DNA of 64,000 nucleotides from the human T2T-CHM13v2.0 reference genome, Homo sapiens. The notes under the pieces were generated by a model. It searched no databases and was not told where the DNA came from. It saw only the letters and a list, made by a program, of their open reading frames with translations. Below are positions 24,858-39,189 of the stretch, one piece after another. Position 1 is the stretch's first letter; each line of letters opens with the position of its first letter. A program made the translations under genes and the position numbers. Location: the NCBI RefSeq assembly GCF_009914755.1, contig NC_060934.1; one strand, written 5' to 3'.

Positions 24858-25689
24858 AAAGGGTTGTTTACTATAATAAGAAGAGTTATCAGAGCACTCC
24901 AGAAGAACTTGATTTTTAAAAAAATAAACGAAAGCTCAAGTACACCTGTGTAAAGAAAGGCCAGGCCCGCCTCTGGATGGGGCAGAGGTTTCCCCAAAGT
25001 GACCATGCTTATTTGAGACAGGGGTTCTCTTGGTCTCTAGGTGCCTCCCATCCTCTGAGAGATGCCCCCAGGGGAAATCATGGGGCCTTTTTCGCCTATG
25101 CAAATGGAGCCTGCCCACCAGAGCTGGCATTTGAGGCCAGGGAGATGAGGTGGGGCGATGGCACTGCCACTCTTATTGCGCTCATAGTTAACACATTCTG
25201 GGCTGGATGCCTCCCAGATTCCTCCCAGATAATCTCATTAGCTGCCAAAGAGAGCCCAAGCCGCATGAAAATGAAGCCACTGAATTCACATTGCTCCTCT
25301 GGAATGTCCTCCAAGACACAGCATCCACTCTTCATGATGGGAGCTATGGAGTGGCATGGGTGGCTTCCAGAGGCCTGTCCTAAAGCCAGCAGGAAAGGAT
25401 GTGGGGTCACAACCTGGGCACCACCTCTGCCCATTAAAAGAGGTGCCACTAAGTGGTTGCTGGCAGCTGTCCCTGCCCTGGTCTTACCAGCTTCTCTGAG
25501 AATCCCTCAGCCCTGCCCGGGCCCCTGGAAATTCCAGGTGGGACTCAGGCACTTGCCTCCACGCAGCTCCATCCTTCTTCCTCCGCTTCCACATCCTCCA
25601 ATTTCCTCTCTGCCTCTGGCTCCCAAGCTGTGACACATTCCCTTCATTTTCTACAAAGCAGGTTATTTCCCTTTTGGACAAATTTCTAA

Positions 25690-25860
25690 ATCTTTCTAAT
25701 TAACTAATTGGGTTGGGTTGAAGCCTTGTACCATTTGTAACCTGTAATTACTAGAAAATTGCCATGGTAACCACACTACTAATTAGCCACAATTTATTGC
25801 CATGGCAACCGGACCATAACAGAGATGTTACCCACACCTCCTTCTCGGCAAGTTGGCTGC
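25690..25860. promoter_or_regulatory. Candidate intronic enhancer with two RFX X-boxes and TAATTA homeodomain motifs
   Basis: attgccatggtaac 25758-25771 and attgccatggcaac 25796-25809; motif evidence only. Confidence 0.5.
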
Positions 25861-27472
25861 ATAGTTGGGGAGCAGGTGAGTCGACAGTCAGGAAGCTGGC
25901 CTCCTGGGTGCCAGCCCCAGCAGCTTTACAATGGGGGCCCAACGGGGGGCTGAGGTGGGGCAGCCAGGTACCTGCACCCCTCACTGATGCCATAGGGAAA
26001 CGACTCCCAGGTCGACAAGCAAATCTTCTTCAAACCAATAGAATCCACCCATCATTATGTAGGCTGCCATGCCTATGCTCTGCCAGGCCAATGTCAAAGG
26101 CCAATTATTCAGCAAATGTCTTCTACCAGGGCTTTCCCCTCCTCTCCTCTCTCCTTTGTCACACCCTCCCTCTCCTCCATCTCTTAAGGTTTAGTACACA
26201 CCAAATTCGGTCACCCAGGGGGCAGTTAGGAACATCTTTATTTAGCTTTGGAGAATGATGTTCTAACAGGGAATTAACTCCACCTTGCATCAATTAATTC
26301 TTTTATAATTTGAGGCCAGCGCATTCTCTCGGAGCTGGAGAGGCAGTGCTGGTTGTGGGAGACACCACGGCACCGGGGGTCAGAAAGTCCAAGTTTGAGC
26401 TGTGTGACCTTGGGCTCATCACTGAACCTTCCTGGGCTTCTGTTTTCTCAGCTAGAACATAAGAGTGATAATAATAATGGCTCCTTCTCGGGGCTGTCAT
26501 AAATATTAAGTGAGCTGGTTTTTGGAAGGTGCCTTGGAAAATGTCAGGTGCCACACAGTCATTAGCTGGGACTATTTACCACCTGCTGGGTGAATAATAT
26601 CCCTTTATTTTTTCCCAGCACTTTCAGGCTTCAAAGACCTCCTTGTTCTGCTGTTGGGGTGTGACTGCTCCTCCCTGCCCATCCCTGCTGAAGGCTTCTG
26701 CTCACCCTGCCCATCAGGCTGGGTAGGGGCTGGAGTTAGAGGGGAAAATGCCCCTTGGAGGTCCCCATTTCCCCTAGCCACATTCTGGCACTCTGATGAT
26801 CTGTTCATTGGGCCCAACCCCCAAAGGGCAGCCTTGGTTGTCCTCAAGAACCATCCCTTTACCTCTGAGCCCTGGCACGCTGGCAATGCAGACCCAAGTA
26901 CAAGTCGGGTGCAGACAATCCATCTCTCAGACTGCATCTGGGCCAGCCCTCAGGGACTGGGGGGTGAGACAGGGAAAGATGGTGGGGAGGGAGGGTGTGC
27001 ATGCAGCTGAACTTCTCCAAGCTGTGGGTCTGAGGACCCAGGGATGAGGCAGCACAAGGATTCGTGGTGCTAAGGTAAAGCCTCTTGCTTCCTGCCTGGC
27101 CTCTGCACCTCCCCTCCTTCAGGATCACGGGAAGCATGCTCTCCAGGCCTCAGTTTCCTTCCTGTAAAGTGGGTGGGAATTGAGAAGATCTCCAAGATTG
27201 CTACTAGCTTACTTTGCAATGAATGCATCCTCCAGGGTGGACACAGGATAAGCATGTTGGGGGCTGATTCCTGTGCCCATCTAGCCCTGCACCCTCTGCA
27301 TCAGCAGAGACTCTGAGGTGAGGCCCCTCGGCCAGGGAACTTGGCCATCTGCTGAGACCTTAATAGAAACAGGATTCTGGTGAATGCCATGATTCGCAGG
27401 CTGCCAAGAGCATCCAAGATATTGTAAATGAGTAGGGCAGAAATGCTGGAAACGTGGTGCAGGAATGGGCAC

Positions 27473-27507
27473 AGAGAGAGAGAGAGAGAGAGAGTGTGTG
27501 TGTGTGT
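27473..27507. repeat. (GA)n(GT)n compound microsatellite
   Basis: Direct reading. Confidence 0.9.
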
Positions 27508-30500
27508 AAACATGCTGGAAAATGGGATGTGAGGATCAAGTGCAGGATGGTAACAGGGTCTCTCATCCTAAATTTCCTGAAAAATTATAAGACAAGATAA
27601 CTGTGTAGGTGCTGGTGTTGCCACTCCCAAGCCTTCTGGGAGCCTTCAGAGCCTGGGCAGGACTTGACTGTGTGGCGGGTATTAGACAAGGATACACCCC
27701 CGCTCATCCTTCCTGCCCTGTCTCTGCAGAATGTTAAGGCAAGGGGTGGGGCAGCAGGACAGGCCCCATCATTTGTTTCCTCTTGACAGAGGAGGGATTT
27801 GCACTGGCAAAGCCTGGGGGTGTAGCCTAGGGGTATAACCCAGAGAGGCTAGCCACAGGCTTGACATTTCTTTAAAATCTCTTGTGTTGAGAAAAATGCA
27901 CACAAAAATTACATTTCAATTCTATAACATATCTGTGTTTGTTTTAAAAGAAACGCAATGTTCCCCCCGATACTCATCAAATGCATCTGACACCCCAGGG
28001 AAAAGGTCTCTGTGTGTCCTGGGCTTTGGGTACCCCTAGCAGGCCCGTGCTGCACTTCCTGGGGGTCCCGGGCCCTGGCTGGGGAGCCTGTCACTCCAGC
28101 CCTGCCTGGTCCCTGGCTGTCAGATCTGGCTTCACTCCCGATGAAAGGCCAGCGCCCACCTGGGAAGCTAGGAGGCCCCTTGGCCCCCACTCTGTAGCCC
28201 CTGGTTGAGCTCACTGGTGAGGATCTGCCAGAAGGCCTCAGCTGGGCTTTAGGCATCTCCGTCTCCTTCAATAATGACTTCCTATAAATCAGATCTGCCC
28301 TCCGCTTTGTTCCATACTGCTCCCAGCCAACAGCAAAACTCCCCACCTGACATCATAAATCCACCTTCATTTTCTTTCCGAATTTCTTTTAAGGCTTCTT
28401 TAATCACCACCTTGCAGCCTGGACAGATGCTGCCTCAAAGGGTGAGGCCAAAATGCAGAGTTCCTGGGGAGGAGGCGAGGCCTAGGGGAGGCAGGGCAGG
28501 CAGGAAGGAGAGCAGAGAGATGGACCCCAGAGGGGATGGGGATGAAGATGCCGCTGGCCATGCCCAGGACTGGAGGTTTGGGGGGACACACAGAGAATGT
28601 TTCCCAGGCAGGGGCTGGGCCTGCTTCTCTTGTGCATCCCCCTGTACCTTGCACAGTGCTCCCTGTACCCAGGAGGTGCCCAGCAGAGGGCCCTGGCATC
28701 GCTCTGGCAGAGCCTCAGAGTGGAAGGTGTTGGTATTTGCTATACTAGGTGGGCACTGCCCGTGTGCCAGGCCATGTGCCAGCCATGTCCCATGTGCGCC
28801 TCCTTTCGTTCTCACAACACTCTCATTTTGAAGATGAGAAAACTGAGGCTGGGAGAATAGTTTGCCCACTACTGCCTAGGCTGTAATGCACAGGGTAGGC
28901 TGGACCTGCACCTGTGGCCTGGCTCCAGACCCTGTCCCCTCACCTGCTAGTTCAATGTCCTCAGAAAAGCTGAGGGGCATGCCCAAGGTCACTGGGGCCT
29001 GGACCGCGGAGGCAGTGCAGGACTCTTGCCTCTCACCTTCCCCTCCTCTTTTTCCATCTGGTTCCATGCCAGGGCCTTGGCCATGTCCAGAACCCAGTTC
29101 CCAGGATTCCCAGGCAGGGCAGCTCCCGGCACTGTCCCGGCTTCAAGAGGCCTCAAGCAGCTGGGGAAGTTGGGGACCAGGGGATGGGAGAGTGGTCTTC
29201 CTACTGCCCCAGTCTCTCTCCCAATCTCTCGCTTGGCCACCCTCCCGGGGCCCTCGAGTCCCCCGAGAGCTGGCATGGTGGCCACTAGATGGCACTGTGA
29301 CCCAGCGGAGCAGCTGCAGCTGCGGAAATGGATAATGTCTAGAGAGGAGGCCTCCCCTCCCCCTCCCGCAGTGCTGAAGGCCGGTACCTGGATAGCACCT
29401 TTGCCTAGCCTGCCCTGGGGTGGCTGGACCTCCCCCGCTGTCCTGAACACTCAGCCAGGCAGCTGCTTCAGCCACAACAACCCGGGTGGGGCTGCCTCAA
29501 GTCCGGGTGCCAGCCTGGGGCTGTCATCCCAGTGGGTGTGGGCCTCCCCTCACAGCCCCTCCTGTCTTGCAGGCTGGTAGGGTTCTTAAGTTGGAGGTCA
29601 TCGGAAAGGTCAGCGGGCTGTGGCAGTTTAAGCATCAGGAGGAGATGGGGCTCTAAGTGCTAGCTCTCTACCAACCTCCTGTGTGACCTTGGGCGAGTCC
29701 CTTCTCCTCCCTGGATCTCCGTCTGTTCTTTGTAAAATGGGAGGTTCTCCCAGGTCATACAGCTCTCTAGCAGGCAGGTGCTGTGTGGCTTGGCTCCAGG
29801 GACCTCCCAGCTCCCTGAGTGCACATCTGGACATGGCCTGCCCCTTCTGCCTGCTTTCCTCCCAGCTTCTCAGGCCCCCTGGCACCACAGTGGTGCTGAG
29901 CGCTGGCCACGCGCCCAAAGCCTCAGCCATCAGGCCGGGCTCAGCATGGCGGCCCTTACATTTGGGGTCCATTCCTGGGGCTCGGGGGTGGGGGACACTC
30001 CGGGCTAGTTTTCCAGCCAGACGTCCATGTGTCATTAGCTGAGTGACAAGGGGGGCTACAGGGTAGTGTTGGGGGGCTTGGCGGGCAGGGAAAGGGTGGG
30101 CTGGAGAAGGCGCGCAGACAGAATAGTAACATGGTGGGCCAAATAGGTTCTTGTCAGCCAAATGGCTTTTGGAAGTCTGCAGAGCTGTTCGAACACGTCC
30201 TCTGGGCACGCCAGCTGCCCCAGCCTCCCTCTGTTCCTCCACCAAAGCTGCTGCTTCTTCCTTGAACTGCCCGTCCTTCCAGCCCAGCCGGCACAGTTGG
30301 CTGGTGCTTCCATCCCCACTGTGCTCCTCATCTGCCTCCTCTGGGTCTCCTCCTTCCCGCTCCTCGGTTCTGTGCCAGCCCAGCCAGCGTGAACAATGCC
30401 CCCTTCATGCTCAAACCCAGCCGCAACCTCCAGATTCTTTTATTCTGTGTCTAGCCTGCTCTCCCAGTCCTTGCCTCCCTTCCACCTTGTCATTTTCAAG

Positions 30501-31857
30501 TGCTTCATCCCCCCAGTGCACCCCCCTTCCCTTGCAAGATCAAGGCACTTAATTGCCAAGCCAGCCCAGTGCACAGAACTGGCAACTATGCAGAAAAAAT
30601 TGACTGTACAAATCTAGGCTGAAGCGCCTGCATGTTTATTTCTTTTCCGGGGGAAACATAGTTTATTACTGATACAGCCTTTCCATGGTACCTTCACGCG
30701 CGGAGCTCTCAGGCACTTAGATGGGGCTTGAGCTGTGCTAACCATTTTATTGTCTAGTCATTTGTTCCCACAAACTTTGTAAGACAGGTCAACATTAATC
30801 TCCCCCTTTCACCAGGGTGAAAAGTGGCTAGGGAAAGGCATTGTAAACTCAGGAGAGGCAGTGACAACCCTTTCTGGGCAGGACTTTGAGATGATGCCAC
30901 CACCCAGGTGTCTGGAGGCAGGGTGGTACCCCAAAGGACCCCTCAACCATCCTTCCAGCCCCAGGATTCAGACTGAGGGAGGCTGCCACTTTGGAAGCCT
31001 CTGCTGCACACGTTGGGATGGGTATGTTGGGAAGGCCGACCAACAAGAGGATCTCTCTGTCCCAAGTGCAGGTCTGGTATGAATGTGGCTTAAGTTCACA
31101 TGACAAGTTGTTGTGTACAGCTCTGGCTTCCTGATTTTTGGCACCCAAAACAGGAACTGGATTGCTCTGCCATCAGCAGTCTATTGGCAGATTATCAGAG
31201 TTTAGTCAGCAGCCGTGCTGGAATTAGAAAAACAGCCTTCCCTAGAAAGATCTCCCTGTCAGAGAGTCTGACAATAGGTCCCCCAACCAGAAAGATGAGG
31301 GGAGAGCGTGCCTTCAAAAAAAAGTGCTGGAGAGGTTTTGGAACAAGAACTCAATTCTTTGAGCTCAGTTATCCGAGACGGGACCCAGCTGAAGCCTAGG
31401 GATTTAGCACTCAATTCCTGGTTGCTTATGTGTAAGTAAATAATTTCATCTGCGATTTGGCAATAAAGAATGCTTTAAATCTCGGCTTTTGTGATTTGTC
31501 AGTTTTCTCCTACAGAACCTGCTCACCCATCATTGAGGTTACCAGAGGCAGTGGGGCAAGAGGTTCCAGGGAGAAAATGATGTGGTGTTCTCACATCCCA
31601 CTTTCCAGCAAGCCAGATGTCCCCTCTTGGGTACCCCAAAACTCGTACCTGCCAGATATCTCACCAATGCTTGGAGAGGCAGTGTGGGAGAAGCCTTCTG
31701 TGGGTGGCAGGATGGAATGGAGCCTTCATCTCCCCTCACCAGGGACATAAGGCCACCCTTTCCTTGTGGTCTCTGATGAATTAGACTCAGCCTTGCAGGG
31801 CCCTGGCCCCCAGCCCCAGCCCCTCCAGCATACTACCTCCCATGTCACTCTGCATAC

Positions 31858-32014
31858 CTGTATATTTGCTGACCCCAGCCTCAGCAGCCACATCTCTGAG
31901 CGCCAGAATGCCCCGGGAGAGGTCACTGGCCTCAGGGTCCATTTCAATGAGGGCATCAGGGCCCACATTACCGTAGGCGTAATTGGCAATGTAGATAGAG
32001 TAGCGTCCAGAGCC
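31858..32014 (-). CDS. CRTAC1: CRTAC1 exon 5 (157 nt), GSGRYSIYIANYAYG...AGVSKYT
   Basis: Acceptor tcag|GGC, donor ACA G|gtatgc; within ORF 31787..32275. Confidence 0.97.
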
Positions 32015-32998
32015 CTGAGGAAGAAGGGAAGGGAGAGGTGAGCAGGGCCACCTTGGCTCATCCCAGAAACCGCCCCCTCCCCACCCCAGGTAGGACCATA
32101 GCTCTTTCACAGGGTTGGGTTCTTCTCCCCAGGTCTGTTGCAAATGGCCTTGCAGGCTGTGCATGGCGCATTTCCAGAGGGGCTTTTCACAAAGGCTACC
32201 ATGTGAATGACACTCCCAGGAGTTGTACAACAAAGCAGGCTGCTTTTCCTTCCATCCTGTTCCAGAAGAACACACCCCTCCCTCTCCCCCACAACCACCT
32301 TTTTATAGACAATTTTCTAATGTGCCTCCCTCCAGCTGAGCTCTCTCCAGCTGCCAGCCAGGGTAGCTGCTCAATAAATATTTGCTGATTGATTGATCTA
32401 CCAATTCCCATTATTCTCAGTCTCTCTCTCCCATTCAAGCTCACTCCAGCCAAGATGACAAGCAAATTCCTGAGCCATCTCCCTCCCCCTGTTCCCACCC
32501 CGCGCTTCTTCATTCCTCTGTTTTGGTAGCACGAGAGGCACAGATTTGCAGGGGTCCTACTTCCCTCGTCCCTTCCCTTATTTCCCCTGTATTACCAGGA
32601 AGAAAGATAATATCACTTCTGTCTTTATAACACTGTCTCAAAGATTTGCTTTTCCCTTTGCATCCAGGAGCAGCCCTGGGCACCAGCTCCTCCGTGCAAG
32701 AGTCATTCTCTTCTCTAGTCCAAAACACTGCTGATGAAAGACTCTTCTCTTCTGCCTGTTATTATAATGGTGCTATTTCTTCAATGGATGACTTCTTCCC
32801 AAGAGATCCACACACTTTCTAAATCAGTTTTCTGGCTTTTCTCTCATCCTTTTCATCACTTCCCTCCAATTAATTGGACAGTAAATATTTCTTAAGCTCT
32901 AACTATGTGCCAAGTGCTGTGTTAAAAATGTACTTAAGACAAAGTCCCTGACCGTAGGTTGCTTGTAGTCTAGTTTGAAAGACAAGCCATAAACCTAA

Positions 32999-33451
<453 letters not shown>

Positions 33452-33947
33452 AATCTTTGAAGGGATTATTTTCTTTGAGGAAGCTGATTAAGAGCCACAT
33501 GAGTCTGTCTGACTGGTGGGTGAGGCCAAGGAGGGAGCTTAGAGTTTCCTGTTAGAGTCTCCTGGGTGACACAGATGTATCAACAATGATACAAGCATAT
33601 GGCAGAGAACACGTACAGGATTTCCTGGGCACACAGAAGAGGAGCTCCTCACCCAGAGGAAGGGCACCTAACTATGGGAAGTTCTGAAAAACTTTTCTTA
33701 AAGGAGTCTCAGTCAGGTGAATTGGAGGGAAAAGAACCTTCCAAGTAGAGATGAGAAAGAGGAGGATGTATGTAGAGAAACTACAGCAGTTAGTTCAATG
33801 TTGCTGGAATATAAAATGCAAGGCAGAGAGTGTCAAGGGATGAAGCTGGAGAAGGTGGTAAATTTGTTCCCTACAGATTGCTCTGTTCCTTCTCTTTTGG
33901 TTATCTGAGTCTTTATGCTGCTACCCGGAAATCTGTGCTTTACAAAT

Positions 33948-34115
33948 CTTGCTACTCAAAGTGGTCCCTACACCAGTGGCATTGGTGACCTCTGGGATCA
34001 TGTTTGAAATATAGACCCTCAGCAACCACCCCCTAAGACCTGCTGAATCAGAATCTGCATTGTGGCAAAACCGCCATGTGATTCCTGTGCAAAATTGGAG
34101 TTTGAGATGCACTGC
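33948..34115. mobile_element. MER5-type element
   Basis: ctactcaaagtggtcc...gacctgctgaatcagaatctgcatt...agtttgagatgcactg. Confidence 0.7.
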
Positions 34116-34128
34116 TTTACAGTACAGC

Positions 34129-34406
34129 CTTTTTTTTTTTTTTTAAGACAGGGTCTCCCTCTGTCACTCAGGCTCACTGCAGCTTCGACTGGGTTCAAGT
34201 GATCCTCCCACTCCAGCCTCCCAAGTAGCTGGGACTACAGGTGTGCCCCACCACACCCAGCTAATTTTTTTTTTTGTTTGTTTGTTTGTAGAGACAGAGT
34301 CTCCCTATATTGCTGAGGCTGGTCTTGAACTCCTGGTGTCTCAATCTATCCTCCCCATTTGGATGCCCAAAGTGCTGGTTAAGGGTTTGAGCCACCACAC
34401 CTGGCC
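34129..34406 (-). mobile_element. Alu (AluJ-like, internally deleted)
   Basis: Poly-T plus reverse-complement Alu. Confidence 0.88.
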
Positions 34407-34800
34407 TAACATGGCTTCTTGATTAGGGGAGAACTTTGAGAAGTTCTCAGCCATCCTAGGCTGTGCAGAATGACTGGATGAAAAGTGAATGAAGGGGCCA
34501 AAGAGGAAAGTGCGCCATCACAAACCCTTCCCGACCCTACCAGCTGGCAGCAATCTCATCAACAAATGAGCAATAAGTTCAATGGACTGAAATTCACTCT
34601 GCTAGAAATTAGGATATTTACAAAATTCAGTTATACCTAGTTCCTTACTTTGATTTTTCGGGGGTATAAACTGACAAACGCAGATGTGTTACGGTTGTAG
34701 AAGACTGCAGAAATTCATATGTGAACTTGACCATGGTAATTCTGGGAGGGTGAGATGATTCCAAGGGAAGGAAGATGTTTCTGCAGCTTTGGGGCCAATG

Positions 34801-35002
34801 CAGTGGTTCCCACACTTTAACCTATATCAGAATCACCTGGGGGGCTTGTTAAAACACAGATTTTTTTTTTAAACATCTGGCCCCATCCCCTGAGTTTCTG
34901 ACCAACAGGTCTGGCGTGAGCCATGAGAATCTGCATTTCTAACGAGTTCCCAGATGATGCTGACACTGCTGGTCTGGGAACCACACTTTTGAGAACCACT
35001 GG
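34801..35002. mobile_element. MER5A-like element
   Basis: Inverted ends cagtggttc...gaaccactg. Confidence 0.8.
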
Positions 35003-37621
35003 TCCAGGGCCATTAGCCCGGGTCCTAGTCTAGGGCCTGCCCCTAACTGCTCCTCGTCCTCGGGCAAATCCCTGGCTGCCTCCAGGCTGCATCTCCTCAG
35101 ATGTTAAATGGAGATCATACTCCCCCTGCTTCCTTGCAGGGTTCTTGAGAAGATGAAATGAGACAATGTATGTGAAAAGTCTTTGAAAAGATAAAAATGC
35201 TATATAAACAATGAGGCATAATCATTATTGATCAGAGGACGTTCTTGTAAGAGATCAGCTTTGAGCTGGATCCAGAAAGGTGGGTGAGTGATGAGGCAAC
35301 TGGTGAGAAAGGACAAGTGGATGTTCCGGGTTTGGAGCAGAGAATGAGTGAGGGGTGGAAGGGGAGAGAGAGAGAACAGCACATGGCAGAGTGGGGGCGG
35401 GGCTGAGGCATTTATGGAGCAAAAGGTCTCATACTTCAGCATGCATTGGAGTCACCTGCAGGGCTAACTGAACCTCAGATTGCTGGCCCCACCCCTGGAG
35501 TTTCTGATTCAGTCTGTCTGGAGGGTGGAGTGGGGCGGGGCCTGAGAATGTGCATTTCTAGCAATGCTGCTGCTGCTGGCCCAGAGGCTACACTGAGATC
35601 CACTGACCAGGTAGCTAGATTAAAAGGCCCTGCCCCAGGTAGGGGCTATGGGGCTATGGAAGGATGACTAGGGTGAGTGCTATAATAAAGTTAGAAACTT
35701 GTGTCTGCTATCATTTCACCCAGGGGCAGGGAGGCGGAAGGTAAAAAGGCATCTTCATTTTCAGGCAGGCAAGGTTCAATTCCTGGCTTTGCCTGTTGCC
35801 TCATGTGTGATCAAGGTCAAGTTGCCTAATTTCTCAAAACCTGAGTTTCCATATCTGTCAAATCGGATAGTGACAGCATCTACCTCATTGGTGTCTTATG
35901 AGGATTCAGTAGGACGAGGCAGCTAAAGCATGCAGCATAAGGCTCGGCATGTCCCTAGTGTAAGAGGTGTTGGCTGTTACTGTTGTCCTTGCTCTCGTGT
36001 TTTCCTGCACCATGCTGCATTCCTCTCTGTCAACTTCCAGGCTGCCCTTGGCCTCTCTCCATTCCTCCCCTGGCAGTCCTCAGGCCCCAGGGATGGCCAA
36101 GGTGGTGGCTGGACTCAGAAAGCAACCCTCCTCTGCTGGCAGACTGACCATAGGGCTTCTTTCTAGTTCTCTGAGGCCTGGGAGACTGAAGTCAGGGGCT
36201 AAGCAGGGTGTGAGCAAGCTTCTGGACGCCTGCCTCCTGTGCTGCAGTGCCAGGTCATCTTTTTTTTTTTTTTTCATTTCACATAGTGCCTTTGTCCTGT
36301 GGTTAAATGCGTGGGTGTGCAGATGACCTTGTTAGGACAGAGTGCATCTCTTTGTGATTAACCTGCATGCCTCTCCCCCCAGTTCTCTGAGAAGTTGCCC
36401 ACGTTAGCTGAGTGTCAAAAGCCTTGGTCCTGAACGGGTGAGATGGGAAACCGGGAGGAGGCTGGGAAGAGGCCCCTAACCGTGACCAGGTCTGGCACCC
36501 CCCAGCTCCACCCCACACTCTGGGGCTGTTCACAGAGCTGCCTTCCCATCTACTCCCACCAGGCAGGAGTCCAGGTGGCACAGATTCAGGTCAGGCTAAA
36601 TGTGGCTTCACAGCCCAGCTTGGCTTCTCTTCCCAGCGCCAGCTTGTTAAGAAATAAATATTTATACCTGGCACCTGCCTTCTCCCAAGGCCTGGAGGCC
36701 CCTGCTGTAAAGATTCACACTGAATCCCCAATCCCCTCGGTGCCATCTCAATCCCAAAGTGAGCCAAACCTCTTGCCCCTGCCCCCAGAATGGGGGCCAT
36801 AGACACTCCTGTGGCAGCCGGGCAGCAGCTGGGCCCCTGATTTAGTGATGACTGTTTACAAAGCCAAGGAGGTGGGTGGCAGGGGAGCAGGTGACAGGAG
36901 GGATAAATCACCTTTGCAGCAAGCTGCTGGCTCTGGCGAGGCCTGCTGGGACCTAAGCCTGGGTGGGCGGCTGCCCCCTCACCGGGCAGATGGCTGCAGT
37001 GGCTCATGCCCCTTCCCACTCCGTCTTTCCTCCCCATCCAGTTTGGGTGGGGCACCTCTGTGTAGGGTGCACTTGCAGAGCATGAAAACGTTGGAGGAGC
37101 TATTGATGAACTAAAGTACTCGTATATTGAGGCAACCCTCCCTTCACCCATCTAGGAACCCCTCCATTGTGCCTTCATTTATTCCGTAAATATTTATGAA
37201 GGGCCCCACGGCTCAGTGCCTGGCACACAGGAGGCACTTAATAAATGTTAGTTGAGTGAATGAATACAGGCAGGATTTAGAGCTAGAAGAGGTGGGTTCA
37301 TGTCCTAGCCACACCACTCATCTGCTTTGGGCTCCCATGCAAGTCACTGCTCCAAGCTAGGCTTCCATCCCCACAAGTGTCCCGAGGACACAATGATCCC
37401 TTGGCTGGCTTCCTCACTGGTTTCTGGGAGGGCTGCATGGGAGACAGGATGTGAAAGGTACATAGGAATGCATTCTGCAAGTCTTAGTTGTTGGTATTTA
37501 GCACCCAATCTATCCAAGACACCGCGGGAGACGCCACTCTGTCAGGGGACGTCTACACAGTGGCTCCTCTCCTGGCTCTCATGTGGCTTCTCCCCAGGAC
37601 CCCATGTGCCCCTGCACTCAC

Positions 37622-37758
37622 CTTTCTGTCCACACAGGCCACAGAGCGTCCGGCAAAGAGGCTGGCCACACCACGGGCCACGTTGACCTCATCGCTCAGG
37701 ATGTCTTCCCACCGGTTATTGCGGAACTTGAACAACTTGTCGGTGTACGTGGCCACCC
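37622..37758 (-). CDS. CRTAC1: CRTAC1 exon 4 (137 nt), VATYTDKLFKFRNNRWEDIL...VACVDRK
   Basis: Acceptor ccag|GG GTG, donor AAG|gtgagt; phase 1 in, phase 0 out; ORF 37553..37756. Confidence 0.97.
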
Positions 37759-39189
37759 CTGGAGAGAGGAGGAAAGGGAGGGCTGGTGGACAGTGGATCA
37801 GGGTCTTGGTTCTGATCTCTGGGTATGTCTCATGGCACCTTTCACAAGGTGGTTGGGACCAGAGGAGGTTGGGTCATCTGCGGCAAGGAAGACCTCAAGC
37901 AGGTGAGACTCCTCTGTGTTTGGGGAGCACTCACATGTTTCCAGTTGAGGGAAGAGACTCTGAGCCTCATGAAGATGGCTGGCCCAGGCCTCAGGAACTA
38001 GGGAGGAAGTGCCACTGCTGCAGTGTGCCCAAGATGACCCTCAGCAGCTGGATTTCATGCCCTGCCCCGTGCTCCTGCAACAGCATCAAGGAGCTCCTGG
38101 GACTGCAATACGGCAACATCCAAACTCAACCCAGGATGGCTCTTTCTCCAGGCGCTGTCCCTACATTCTCTACTGGATCGCAGGACCTACCTGATTTGGG
38201 TCTCAGAAGAAATGGTTCTGGTTCATGGGTAGGTCTCAGTCCACCCTGAGGAAGGGGCTGGAAGTTGAGCTCTGATGGGGTGAGAAATGAGGGGTTGTTC
38301 TGCCTGGGGTGTGATGAGTTTGGGCAGCCCTGGGAGGCCCCTGGTCCCAGGACTGGGGAGCCCCAGAAGGCAGTGGTTTTCACCTCTTTTGGATTACTGG
38401 CCCCTTTGAGAATTGGAGGGAGGTGAAGGACCTTCAGCTCAGGGAGTTGCAGGTCTGCACACCACACAACATGCCATACATCATTTCAGGTCTGTGGCCT
38501 TCTGGAGCTCGTTCGTGACTAAGAAGCCTTGTTCTGGAGAAGAGGGAATAACTGCTGGTTGCTGAGGTCTCAAGCCCATTCAAGTGACCACTTGAAAGGC
38601 AGAGGTCTCTCCTCCGCCATCATCCTTAGTTAATTTCTTGTTAATGCAAGACCCCGAATGTTCGTAGTTTAGGGGGGTCCTCGTTCTACCCCCTGGGCTG
38701 GACAGGAAACACAGGGAGAGGAGCAGCTGAAGGAATTGGGGAAGGTGAGGTTGAGGAAGAGTGGACTTGGGGACAGAACCCTGAACTTGACTGTCTGGGC
38801 CAGGGAAGAGGCAGCAGGCTTAGACTGAGGAGAGACAGCATGGCACAGGGGCCCAGGGGCCAAGAGCTCAGGGTGATGGAAATGATCTGGAGCCCCAGTG
38901 TTGGTTCTGCTTGGATTCTACTTCTAGGCTCCAGACTCGAGGCATGCTGCCCAGCATCTCTGAGCCTCGGTTTTCCTACTTGTGAGTGGGGATGACAGTA
39001 GTTACAGTCAAGTTTACTGTGAGGAATAAATGAGATGATGCACATTAAAGGTTTGGGATGGTCCCCCCACCAAAGTGGTAGCTATTTTTCGACAGGAATG
39101 ATTTTTCTCATGTTATAGATGAACTACTTTCCAAGGTTCTTTAGAGACATCAGCCCTGCACTGCAGGGGTTTGGTGAAAACCAGTGATT

